Shown: positions 39,286-52,129, counted from the stretch's first letter. The stretch: DNA of 64,000 nt from Octopus bimaculoides (GCF_001194135.2 NC_068992.1:14583503-14647502), one strand, 5' to 3'. Numbers and translations are program-made. The notes: a model not told the origin generated them from the letters alone.

Positions 39286-39525
39286 TCCTTTAAATTGTTT
39301 TGATTTAGCAAACACATTCTGTGACAGCAACGATTATGGAATCACAAAATATGCACTTGCCGTGGATTTTAAATGTTTTCCTAAATGTTTTTTAAATGTC
39401 CTTAATTGTATGGTTTGTGTATTCATCTGACGAAAACAGGTTTTTTTTATAATGATGTAATGTACTCATTAACCAATTAAAAAATTTGTTGCAAATGGTT
39501 GGAAATTGACACCTATCCATCTTTA

Positions 39526-39989
39526 CAGCAATCACTCGACTATCATATATGAGTTACATTCCAAAACCCCCCTGCTATAGGTGAAAATTCATGAAGTAGA
39601 AACAGTACTGTACTGTATATTTTTTTTTATTATTCTTATAATTTATATATATATATATTTTATTATAAATGCAAGATGACACCACACACTCACCTCAGTA
39701 TGTCGGTTTCTTTGTTTACTCATCTACAGTACACTACGTATTTTCTTTTAATATATTTTAATTAATGTGTTATACAGTGCAGTTCTGTACTGTATTTTTA
39801 TTTATCAATTTATTAATTTTTCGGAGTGAAGATACTTATTTTACCACGGAAATAGTTACAATCTAAAAATACATAAATACCTGTGATATACTGAGGAGTT
39901 CACAATATAAATTTACGTACATTAGCCAGAAAAATCTGTGTTATACCAAGGGTGCAATAGGTGAATCACGATATGATGAATGATTACTG
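39526..39989. mobile_element. Complete Tigger/pogo-like MITE (464 bp)
   Basis: TA|cagcaatcactc... and ...gaatgattactg|TA imperfect TIRs with TA duplication. Confidence 0.85.
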
Positions 39990-40003
39990 TATTTATATAT
40001 TTA

Positions 40004-40034
<31 letters not shown>

Positions 40035-40130
40035 ATACATATATGCATATGTACTGAGGGTACTATTCAGCACCAGTTTTGTTAGAAGCAAGAGTCAAAA
40101 CAGCTCAGAGCCGCAAAAAAGCACTGTCCT

Positions 40131-40402
40131 ATTTACTGACAAGGGAGGCAAGTGATGTATATATTTCTGCCTTTTGGCTGAAAAATTGCTAGCAAGCCAA
40201 CAGTTATTATTTATAATTTACATCTTTACCGTTTATGAAATCAGTGCATGATTTCTATGGTGACCTTATAAGCTGACAAGGCAAGTTGAGTTTAACCCAA
40301 GGCACCGGAGAGAGCCACTGATGAGGATTAATGTAAATGCGAAACCACAGGTGATCTGGCTATGCTCTGTGCTCAGAGAATTTGCCTCCCTTGTCAGTAA
40401 AT
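40131..40402. mobile_element. Unclassified 272-bp unit bounded by perfect 21-bp inverted repeats
   Basis: atttactgacaagggaggcaa (40131-51) and ttgcctcccttgtcagtaaat (40382-402). No obvious TSD. Confidence 0.6.
40313..40361 (+). ncRNA. Degenerate type I hammerhead ribozyme motif
   Basis: AGCCA-CUGAUGA-G(g)AUU...AAUGC-GAAACCAC-AG-GUG(A)UC^UGGCU. Stem I is a perfect 5 bp; stems II and III each have one mismatch. Confidence 0.68.
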
Positions 40403-40500
40403 CAGTTAATGTGACTATGAGTTGTCCTGGCTCTTATCCCTAGCAATGCTGGTGCTGAATAGGGACCCCAGTTGCTTTAGTGACATGCACGCACGCATGC

Positions 40501-40532
<32 letters not shown>

Positions 40533-40894
40533 ACAGGGCTTCTTTCAGTTTCCGTCTGTCAAATCCACTCAAGGATTTGGTCGGCTCAACGTGCCATGCA
40601 GTAGAGCTGAACCCGGAACCATGTGGTTGGTAAGCAAGCTTTTTACCACATAGCCACTCCTGTACCCTCTACCAAATCCACTCATATCTACCAAAGAATT
40701 TGATAATATATATGTATAAGAATTGAATAATATATATATAAATACATGCATGTATGTGTGTACATATATACACATATATATACCACGGTGGTGCTCCAGC
40801 ATGACTGCAGCTGCATGGCTGAAATGAATATAACAATATTTGTGTATATATATGTATGTATGTATGTGTGTTTGTGTGTGTGTTTGTTTATATA

Positions 40895-40957
<63 letters not shown>

Positions 40958-40959
<2 letters not shown>

Positions 40960-41079
40960 TCATCGTTTAACGTCCGCCTTCCATGCTAGCATGGGTTGGA
41001 CGATTTGACCTAGGATTGGTGAACCAATATAACCCATGCTAGCATGGAAAGCGGATGTTAAACGATGATGATGATGATG
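40958..41079. repeat. Short foldback made of two family C SINE 3' ends
   Basis: catcgtttaacgtccgccttccatgctagcatgggtt ... aacccatgctagcatggaaagcggatgttaaacgatg; arms about 40 bp, spacer 33 bp. Confidence 0.9.
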
Positions 41080-41232
41080 TATGTATGTATGTATGTATAT
41101 TTGTGTGTATGTATATATTAATACACACACACACACACACTTACACACTCTTGCAATACTTATGTTCTACATAAACAGGATGTCCGTCAAAATATTTTCA
41201 GTTTATTTACTTTATACTTAAATTATTTTCTC

Positions 41233-41282
<50 letters not shown>

Positions 41283-41595
41283 GTGAAGCTATATGCATAT
41301 ATATAAATCTATATGTGTGTGTATAAATAGGTATGTGTTTGTGTGTAAGGAAGGCCTTCTGTTTGTACTTGTTTATTCATATTTATATGTGTATGAATAA
41401 TTGGATGTGTCCCTCTGTATGTATGTGTATTTGTGTTTCTGTTTGTGTGTGTGAGTGTGTGTTTTACTATTTGTCTATTTTTATTGTGTGTGATTATGTA
41501 CGAATATGAGTTCTTACTATTACGTATATGTTTTTGTGATATTTTTGTTCATGCTAATGTGCTGGTCTGTGTGTGTGTGTGTGTGATGTGTGATG

Positions 41596-41626
<31 letters not shown>

Positions 41627-41930
41627 TGTGGTGCGTGCGTGCGTGCGTGCGTGCGCGCGCGCGTATTATATATGTACTCAAATATTTCACTTTGAATTAA
41701 AGACGAATATAAAAAGTGGAGAGAAAATATTTCAAAAAGCTTTAAAAAAAATAGCAGCATACAGGCATGGCTGTGTGGTTAAGTTTGTTTTGCAGCCACT
41801 CCACATGGTTTCAGGTTCAGTCCCATCATGCAGCATTATGCACAAGTGTCTTCTACTGTAATTGTAGGTTGACCAATGTCTTGTGTGAGAATTGGGTTCA
41901 TGGAAACTGTATGGAAACATGTTGCATATA

Positions 41931-42600
41931 TATGAGGGGATAGTGCAAAGTTCCTGGCTTTGAGTAAAAGAAAATATGGGAGAATCAGTTAATTATGATT
42001 TTATCCAACATATTCCCTTCTCAGATTCACACACCTATTGCAGTGGTCCTTCAGTTTTCCTAAACCCTGTAAAAGAACTTGGAAGGTTGGTTCTCCAACC
42101 AGGCCTTTCGCGATACCCTTAAAGACAGGAACTTTCCAGCATCTCTTTGTGTGTGTGTATATATATATAGATATATATATATACACATACACACACACAT
42201 ATGAGGGGGTGTTGAAAAGTTCCTGGTTTTGGGTAAAAAAAAATAGGGGAGGGTCAGTTAATTATGATTTTATTGAACATATTCCCTTTTCAGATTCACA
42301 CACGTGCTGCAGTGGTCCTTCAAGTTTTGTTAAGCCCTGTAAAAGATCCTGGAAAGTTGGGCCTCCAAGCAAACCTTTTATGATACCCTTAAAGCCAAGA
42401 ACTTTTTAGCACCCCTTGTATATGAAAAAGAACCCAGAAGGTTGAGCCTCCAACCAGGCCTTTCCCAATACTCTTAAAACTAGACCTATCAGGAACTTTT
42501 CAGCACCCCCTGTATATGAAAAAGAACTTGGAAGGTTGGGCCTACAACCAGACTTTCCGCGATACCCTTAAAACCAGGAACTTTTTGGTACCCCTGCATA
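41931..42600 (+). mobile_element. Mariner-like MITE array: two ~220-bp copies plus two tandem ~90-bp right-end duplications
   Basis: TA|tgagggg..tg.tgaaaagttcctgg and ccaggaacttttcagcacccc..g|TA TIRs. The right-end unit repeats at 42421-42514 and 42515-42600. Confidence 0.85.
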
Positions 42601-45367
42601 TAAATGTGTGTGTATCTCTGCTACCACCACCACCACCATCACTTGCCAATTTGTGTTAGTTTTTTTACTATCCTATAGCTTACCATCTTTATAAAAGAGA
42701 CCAATAATAAGTGTGTATAAGTTCCTGTTATCTCTGCCAACAACAGAATGCACACCAACATGAGATAATTTCCCCCATAGTATGAATCTATATCATTGGA
42801 CATACCTCCTGCTAGTTTTATCAGTCATACACTTTCATGCTGGCTTAGGTCATGTTTTGAAGAGGGTATCAATTTGAGAGATTATCTTCTCCTAGATTAA
42901 GTTCTTTCACCGCAGCTAAGGAGCACAACCTATCCTTACTAAAATCTATTTAACCCATAGACAGGGCTCCGATAGGTACTACCATTCCAGGTCCAGACAA
43001 ATCTTGGGTATTGGTAATTAAGTGGTGATTCCTTGCTCCCCAAAACTCCAGGGACTCCCAAACTGGAGCCTCACAACTGGATGCAGTTTAGCGTCATACC
43101 CAGGAATATTTTACCAGGCTTAAAAATAATCACACTGGTTGATTTGTTTGATTAAAACTCAAGGCAGTGCCCCAGCATGGCCACCGTCCAATGACTGAAG
43201 CAAGTAAAAGGTAAACGGTAACATTTCGATCTATATTCGTGGATTATTTTTGTTCTTTATGGAATTTTGTTTCTTTATTTTGTCTGTATTTGGTTGGCTT
43301 GTTTTTGTTTTTTCTCTAATGTCTTTTTGTCCCAGTCTCATAGAAATACTGTCGTTGTCATCATCATCATCACCACCACCACCACCACCACTACCGCCAC
43401 CACCACCACCTCCAGCATCATCATTATCATCACCATCATCTCCACCACAACCACCACCACCACCACCGTCGTCGTTACCACCATCATTATTGTCATCATC
43501 ACCACCATCATCATCATCACGACCATCATCATCATCACTTTTCCACTCTGCCTAAATATACTACTTCTACCTCAAATGCATGAGTTCATGATGGGGCCTT
43601 TATGACATTAGGTTGCGTGCTAGAAATAACAGCTAAATCTCTGGTGAATCATGTCAAACTAACTTTAGAAAAAAGCTAAAAAATGAAGGGTGCATTGGAA
43701 AACATAGTCCTTGAAATATAGATGAAGTGGTCATGGGTGAAATACTTTTGACCATATAAAGGAGCAGACCTTATATGGTCTGCTCCTTCAGAGCTCTCTC
43801 ATGGCTAAACAGCAACTTTTTCCTTCACCTCCAACCACCCACAAACCAATGATGGAGTCTTTACTATATCGATTGACTTGCTGAAAATAGCTCTTATATT
43901 CTGTTTTCAGTCATTGGACTGTGGCCATGATGGTGCATCACCTCGAAGAGTTTAGTTGAGTAATCAACCCCCAGATAACAGAATAGCTCCTAACCATCAT
44001 CATTATCATCATGATCACCATGTCATCCTCTTTGTGTGTTAGTCTTTCGTGCTGGCATGGGTTGGATGCTTTGACAGGATCCAACAGGGCTGAAGACTGC
44101 ATCATGCTTCAGTATCTGCTTTGGTGTGGTTTTCCATAAGTGGAAGCCCTTGCTAATGCCAACCACTTTACTGAGTGTACTGAGTGGTTTTTTGTGGCAC
44201 CAGTGAAGTCACCATGTAGCTTGCAAGATTGAGTAAGTCTACAAATAGAGGAAGACAGCATTGATGCTAGGTGATGAGAGGTTAAGGTATGAGAGAAGAG
44301 GATCAGAGTACAGCATCATCATTTCCAAGCTGGCATGGATTGGATGGTTTGATATGGAGCTGGCCAGCTAGGCATCTGTCCAGGCTCCAGTTGTCTGTTG
44401 TGGCATGGTTTTTACAGCTGGATGCCTTTCCTAATGCCAACCACTTTACAGTGTGTGCTGGGTACTTTCTATGTGCCACTGGCCTTAATTTTATGTAGTC
44501 ACAAAAACACTCACTAATTTAATAGTGCTCCCATTATTTGCAGTGGTGAGTTGTTCATTTTACTTATCATATCTCTTTAACAGTCCTAGTTTCTTGTTGT
44601 TTTCTGTTCATTGCATAGACTGCATCCCACATCTTCAAATTTGTTGATTTGAGTCAAAATTAGAAATTTTCATTATAATTATAATCATAATTATCATTTT
44701 AATTATCATTAAGATTTGGCTATTTCTGAGTTCAAATGCCACCAGGGTTGACTTTGCTTTCATCCTTTCGGGGTTGATAAATTAAGTTCCAGTTATGCAC
44801 TGGTGTCAATGTTATTCACTGCTCCTCCCCCTCAAAATTTCAGGCCTTGTGCCTATAACAGAAAGGATTATAATGTGTCTATTTACATTCTGAGTTCAAA
44901 TGACTGTGAGTTCAACATTACCTTTTATGCTTCAGTACGATAAAATACCAATCATATACTGGGGTTGATTTAATCAACTAATCTCACCCACCAAATTTTT
45001 GGCCTTATGTGTGTTAGAAGACACTAGCAGCACCTTGGGCAAGTGTCTTCTACTATAGCTCCTGGGCTGACCAAAGCCTTGTCAATGGATTTCATAGACA
45101 GAAACTGAAAGAAGCCCATCGTATATAGCTATATGTATATGTATGTATATCTATATCTGTCTGTTTTAATATATATGTATAGTTGAAATTTATAGAAAAA
45201 CAAAAGACGACAGGTTTATGAACAACAAGCAAATATATTAGTTTGATGCTCAGGAAAAATGAAAAAGTCTTATGTTTCGAGCTTATGCTCTTCAACAGAA
45301 AGGAATAAGAGAAAATAAACAGAGAGAGAATGAAAAAAACTTGTAGATTTCAGTAGTCCAGCATGGC

Positions 45368-45401
<34 letters not shown>

Positions 45402-47449
45402 TCATCATCGTTTAATGGCCGCTTCCATGCTAGCATGGGTTGGACGGTTTGACTGAGGACTGGGGAACCAGATGGCTACACCAGGCTCCAATCTGATTTG
45501 GCAGAGTTTCTACAGCTGGATGCCCTTCCTAACGCCAAACCCTTCCTAACTATATTTATATATAGTTTCAAAATTATCNNNNNNNNNNNNNNNNNNNNNN
45601 NNNNNNNNNNNNNNNNNNNNNNNNNNNNNNNNNNNNNNNNNNNNNNNNNNNNNNNNNNNNNNNNNNNNNNNNNNNNNNNNNNNNNNNNNNNNNNNNNNNN
45701 NNNNNNNNNNNNNNNNNNNNNNNNNNNNNNNNNNNNNNNNNNNNNNNNNNNNNNNNNNNNNNNNNNNNNNNNNNNNNNNNNNNNNNNNNNNNNNNNNNNN
45801 NNNNNNNNNNNNNNNNNNNNNNNNNNNNNNNNNNNNNNNNNNNNNNNNNNNNNNNNNNNNNNNNNNNNNNNNNNNNNNNNNNNNNNNNNNNNNNNNNNNN
45901 NNNNNNNNNNNNNNNNNNNNNNNNNNNNNNNNNNNNNNNNNNNNNNNNNNNNNNNNNNNNNNNNNNNNNNNNNNNNNNNNNNNNNNNNNNNNNNNNNNNN
46001 NNNNNNNNNNNNNNNNNNNNNNNNNNNNNNNNNNNNNNNNNNNNNNNNNNNNNNNNNNNNNNNNNNNNNNNNNNNNNNNNNNNNNNNNNNNNNNNNNNNN
46101 NNNNNNNNNNNNNNNNNNNNNNNNNNNNNNNNNNNNNNNNNNNNNNNNNNNNNNNNNNNNNNNNNNNNNNNNNNNNNNNNNNNNNNNNNNNNNNNNNNNN
46201 NNNNNNNNNNNNNNNNNNNNNNNNNNNNNNNNNNNNNNNNNNNNNNNNNNNNNNNNNNNNNNNNNNNNNTATGGGCTGTAGCTTAGTTTACATTTATTAA
46301 ATTCATTCTCAAGGCAATGGTTGGTGCCCAAATTGCTGGTAAGTGTGACTAAACCTGAAACCACGTGGTTGCAAAGGGAGCTTCTTAAACAAGCAACAAT
46401 GCCTGCACTTGTTGCTGCTGCTGTTATCATTAAGTGATGTTTATTGTGAAGCTGTCAGGAGCCATTTTCTATTTTAATTGCTGTTATTTATATAATTTTA
46501 AAAATCTGGAGTGGCAGACATGGTACAGCATTTAGCTCAATCTCTGTGGTATTTAGTCATATCCGTTTACATTCTAGGTTCAAATCCCACCGGGGTTGAC
46601 TTTGTTGTTTTTTCTCTCATCCATCTGGAATTGATAAAGTAAGTGTTAGTCAAATAAAAGGGTTTTTCAATTGACTGTGCATCATCCCTTTTCCTTTGGA
46701 AAAAAAAAAGAAAAAAAGAAAACTCTGCTTTTGTGCCTGTCTGTGAAATTCATATCATACAAGCTGATTCAAAAGCCCCTTTAGCGTTCTAATACAATGT
46801 ATCATTTACATGCTAAAGGGAGTTCTGAATCTCCTTTTATAATTAAGGATTGGTTGAACTGACAAACATCTTGAACGTAATGTTTGTTTATTTTTATTCC
46901 ATTTAGTAATGGGGATGGGGAGGGAGGAAAGCAACAAAATCCAGCAAAGATTTTAATTGTTGCTAAAAGAAATTTTGTTGGGAGTTAATCAAGCACAAAC
47001 ATGGCTGTGTGGTTAAGAAGCTTGTTTTGCAACCACATGGTTTCAGGTTCAGTCCCATTGCACAGCACCTTGGACAAGTGTCTTCTGCTAGAGTCCTTGG
47101 CTAACCAATGCCTTATGGGTGAATTTGGTAGATGGAAATTGTGTCTAAGCACCATCAGTGAAAACTCTGAAAAGGGTATGAGAAATTGCTTTATGACCAA
47201 ACATTACTTGAGATACAGATCTAGAAATGTGCTGTCCTTGAGACCACTCCTGGTTTTATAATATAAGCTTCCAGTTTCAAAGTGATCTAAATTAAACCCA
47301 TTCATCAGAACTTCATATTAATTCATGTTTCACACACAACAGAAATATGGTAACAAAAGGGTTAAAGTGATTTCAATTGAAATCATCCATCAAAATTTCA
47401 TGTTTATTTATGTTTCAAACATCCGCTCAAAAACCCCTTCTACCATGGG

Positions 47450-49000
47450 CATAAAACCTGAAATTTTGGTGAAGTGAGGGTGAGGACAGGGGCTAATTGA
47501 TTACATTGACCCCAGTACTCAGCTGGTATTTATTTTTTATCAACCCCAATTGTACGAAAGGCAAAGTAGACTTTGGTGACATTTGAACTTAGAGCTCACC
47601 AGATGAAATACTGCTAAGCATTTCGTCCAGCATGCTAACTATTTGGCCAGCATGCTAACTATTTCGTCCAGCATGCTAACTATTTAGCCAGTCCTTTGCC
47701 TTACACCTGCTTATTAGTAATCAAATTATTTTATTAAATTTTCTTTATTTTCAAAATAGTCTGTTTCAAAAGATATATGGCAACAAAACGGTTATAAAAA
47801 CCTTCTTTATTACCACCTGTACTCTTCATTCTTTGTTAAACTCAGCCAAACTGTATACTAAACTCTTTTCTATTAAAATTCTCCATGCTGCTTCGTAATG
47901 GTCATTTTATAAAAATCATGTGCTGAATTATTATTATTTTTTTTTCACAAAAAAAAAAAAGGACAAAAAACAAAATTCCTGTTTGTGGCATTTCGTGTCT
48001 ACTGCTGATAGTTCCTGGTTGTGTTTTTTCTTCTGTTTTTGCTAACGCCTTTTTTTTTAATTCTAATTTTAGATTTTTAGGCTTGTCAGTTAAGGATGGA
48101 GAGTGATTGTCTGTGCTACATAAATTCTCATTAGTGAATTGAAATCAATTTTAGTTTATTGTCTTTAAATAGCATTACAACAGTCATAACAATGTGAAAC
48201 AAAACAATAACCACAACAAAACTTGTTCTCTACATTGAGAAAAAAGAATGGCAAACAATAAAATAATAACAACATAATATTGATAATCGATATGTGCTTA
48301 TTGAATTATCAAATTATAATAATGATAATGAATTCTTTTTTGTTTTTAATTTTACGGTTTTAATTTCATATTTTTACTTTGTTCTACTTTTAATAATTAT
48401 GATAATAATTCTTTCTACCATATGCACAAAGCCTAATATTTTGGGGGAGGTGGCCAGTTGATCACACCAGTTTTAGTGCTTGACTAGGACTTGTGAAAGG
48501 ATGTAAGGTAAAGTCAAGCCTGGTGGAATTTGAAGTCAGAATACAAAGAGCCTGGAGAAATGTCACAGAGTATTTCGTCCAACATGCTAATGATTCTGCC
48601 AGCTCACTGCCTTAATGATAATAATAATCCTTTCTGCTAAAGGCACAAGGCCTGAAATGAGGGAAGGGGACTGGTTGATTACATTGACCCCTGTGTTTCA
48701 CTGGAACTTAATTTATTGGCCCCAAAAGGATGAAAGGCAAAGTTAACCTCAGCGGATTTTGGTATATGGCAACAAAAGGGTTATAAAAACCTTCTTTATT
48801 ACCACCTGTACTCCTAATTCTTTGATAAACTCTGCCAAACTGTATACTAAACTCTTTTCTATTAAAATTCTCCATGCTGCTTCGTAATGGTCATTTTAGA
48901 AAAGTTGTGTGCGGAATTTGAACTCAGAACGTAGTGACAGGTGAAATACCACTAAGCATTATATCTAGTGTACCAACGATTCTGCCAGCTCGCTGCCTTA

Positions 49001-49038
<38 letters not shown>

Positions 49039-49215
49039 CATTTCTACTAGAGGCACAAGGCCTGGATTTTGTGGGGAGAAGGACGTTTGATCACATCGAC
49101 CCCAGTACTACACTGGTACTTTATTTATTGTCCCTGAAAGTATGAAAGGCAAAGTCAACCTTGGCAGAATTTCAACTCAGACCGTAGTGGTTGACAAAAT
49201 ACAGCTAAGCATTTC
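47450..49215 (-). mobile_element. Cluster of four family F SINE copies
   Basis: Copies near 47450-47700, 48410-48615, 48620-49000 and 49015-49215; the last three are joined by (TAA)n. Confidence 0.85.
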
Positions 49216-49493
49216 GCCCAGTCTGAGATTCGAAACTGCAAGTCTACAGCTATAACCACTAGGCAATGTGCCTCCACATCCAGAATAAGTACTGACAGAA
49301 TAAGTACTAAGCTTATAAAGAATAACTCCTGGGGGTCGATTTGTCTGACTAAAGGCGGTGCTCCAGCATGGCCACAGTGAAATGACTGAAACAAGTAAAA
49401 GAATAAAAAAAATAAAAGAATACATGCGCACCAGCATGATCGCAGCCACTTGGCTGAAACACATAAATAAATAAATAAATAAATACATAGATA

Positions 49494-49662
49494 CAGGGTG
49501 GGCCAGAGTTCATGACTTATTTGTTATATTTCTTAATATGCTTATTTTATTATTATTGTATTGTTTAAATTTATTATTTTATTTCGGAATATGCATATTA
49601 ATGAATATTAATATATTAATAAACATGACTGACAAGTGAGTCATGAGTTCTGTCCCACCCTA
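49494..49662. mobile_element. Tc1/mariner MITE (169 bp)
   Basis: TA|cagggtgggccagagttcatgactta and tgagtcatgagttctgtcccacccta|TA TIRs of about 26 bp. Confidence 0.85.
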
Positions 49663-49774
49663 TATATAATGTGTTTGTGTGTTCATGTTTGTGTTTATAA
49701 CTCTCCCCCCCCCCTACTGCTCGGTAACTGGAGTACTAACTAAAAGGTTGTTGGTTCCTATAGTGTTCCGATGA

Positions 49775-50193
49775 ACTAGGACTCTTTTACTCTTTTACTT
49801 GTTTCAGTCTTTTGACTGTGGCCATGCTGGAGCACCGCCTTTAGTCGAGCAAATCGACCCCAGGACTTATTCTTTGGAAGCCTAGTACTTATTCTATCGG
49901 TCTCTTTTGCCGAACCGCTAAGTTACGGGGACGTAAACACACCAGCATCGGTTGTCAAGCGATGTTGGGGGGACAAACACAGACATACAAACACATACAC
50001 ACATACATACATATATATATACATAAATACGACAGGCTTCTTTCAGTTTCCGTCTACCAAATCCACTCACAAGGCTTTGGTCGGCCCGAGGCTATAGTAG
50101 AAGACACTTGCCCAAGATGCCACGCAGTGGGACTGAACCCGGGACCATGTGGTTGGTAAGCAAGCTACTTACCACACAGCCACTCCTACGCCT
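49775..50193 (-). mobile_element. Full-length, low-divergence SINE family E
   Basis: Many intact CpGs; complete head to tail. Confidence 0.92.
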
Positions 50194-51197
50194 ACCTACT
50201 GAAGTACTGAATCATAGCAACTCTATGTCTGTATCAAATAAAGCTGATCTCCATGAGGTCCTTCCTTCCTTCCTTTCCTTGTTTATTTCGTAAGTGCCAT
50301 TACAACCAGGGTTAAGATCTGGGTTAGATGAGTCTTTGACATGGTTTTAATTCCCATTTAGCTTTTCATAAAACATTACAAACATCCTATGCATCCATTT
50401 GTAAGTTAACAACCCCGAAAGGGATGGGCTGTGATAGTATCGTTTACCTTTTGCTAAACTACATAACAATGAATACTTCACTGGTGCTCCAGTTCTTGAC
50501 TAAATATTTATTATATGACATAGTTACTGTAGAAGTGGGTTTTTTTTTTAATGCTTGTAGTTCTTACTACTGTTTGTTAGCGTCTAGGAGAGAGCACTTT
50601 ACCCCTATCAAGCAGGTAATCCTGGGTTTACGAGATTCCTTGATTAAACCTAGGTGGTTGTCCTCGCTTCACTGGTGCCCCAGTTCTTAACTAAAGATTA
50701 TATGACATAGTTACTGCAGAAGTGGGTGTTTTTTTTTAATGCTTGTAGTTGCTATTACTGGTTGTTAGCNNNNNNNNNNNNNNNNNNNNNNNNNNNNNNN
50801 NNNNNNNNNNNNNNNNNNNNNNNNNNNNNNNNNNNNNNNNNNNNNNNNNNNNNNNNNNNNNNNNNNNNNNNNNNNNNNNNNNNNNNNNNNNNNNNNNNNN
50901 NNNNNNNNNNNNNNNNNNNNNNNNNNNNNNNNNNNNNNNNNNNNNNNNNNNNNNNNNNNNNNNNNNNNNNNNNNNNNNNNNNNNNNNNNNNNNNNNNNNN
51001 NNNNNNNNNNNNNNNNNNNNNNNNNNNNNNNNNNNNNNNNNNNNNNNNNNNNNNNNNNNNNNNNNNNNNNNNNNNNNNNNNNNNNNNNNNNNNNNNNNNN
51101 NNNNNNNNNNNNNNNNNNNNNNNNNNNNNNNNNNNNNNNNNNNNNNNNNNNNNNNNNNNNNNNNNNNNNNNNNNNNNNNNNNNNNNNNNNNNNNNNG

Positions 51198-51520
51198 AGC
51201 AAATCGACCCCAGGACTTATTCTTTGTAAACCTAGTACTTATTCTATCGGTCTATTTTGCCGAACCGCTAAGTTACGAAGACGCAAACACACCACCATCG
51301 GTTGTCAAGCAATGGTGGGGGGACAAACACAGACACGCAAACACACATACATATATACGACGGGCTTCTTTCAGTTTCCGTCTACCAAATCCACTCACAA
51401 GGCATTGGTCGGCACGAGGCTATAGTAGAAGACACTTGCCCAAGGTGCCACGCAGTGGGACTGAACCCGGAACCATGTGGTTGGTAAGCAAGCTACTTAC
51501 CACACAGCCACTCCTGCACA
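51198..51520 (-). mobile_element. SINE family E (tail lost in gap)
   Basis: Matches 49846-50193. Confidence 0.9.
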
Positions 51521-51595
51521 TTCAGATTATTATTCCGTCAAATGTATTGCTTATCTATTCACTTCGTTTTAAATTAATCATGCATTGTCTTTTGG

Positions 51596-51918
51596 GAGGC
51601 GTGTGCTTTAGTGGTTAGAGTATTCGCCTCATGATCATAAGGTAATGAGTTCAATTCCCTGCGACGCTTTGTGTCCTCAAGCAAGACATTTTATTTCATG
51701 TTGCTCCAGTCCACTCAGCTGGCAAAAATGAGTTGTACCTGTAATTCAAAAGGGACCAGCCTTGTCTCATTCTGTGTCATGCTGGATCTCCCTGAGAACT
51801 GCGTTAAGGGAATACATATCTGTGGAGTGCTCAGCCACTTGCATGTTAATTTCATGAGCAGGCTGTTGTTCCGTTGATTGGATCAACTGGAAACCTCGTC
51901 ATTGTAAATGATGGAGAG
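51596..51918 (+). mobile_element. SINE, family B head + tail 1
   Basis: Same structure as 9710-10031, opposite strand. Confidence 0.88.
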
Positions 51919-52001
51919 CCAGTATTTACTAGCTTCAAGACTTCAGTTATGTGTTTGTATAGTCTTAGAATGACATTGCTGGGTAGGTGTGAGTGGAGGG
52001 T

Positions 52002-52098
52002 GGGGGTCGATGAAATAAGTACCAATCGAATGCATGCGATGATGTAATCAACGAAAACCTCTTCTAAAATTTTAAGCCTTGTGCCTTGAGTAGAAAAG

Positions 52099-52129
<31 letters not shown>

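Noticed and set aside
47265-47315. Minus-strand CUGAUGA...GAAAC
   Set aside because: No stem III/UH or stem I. It is part of a MITE-like repeat that recurs near 47370.
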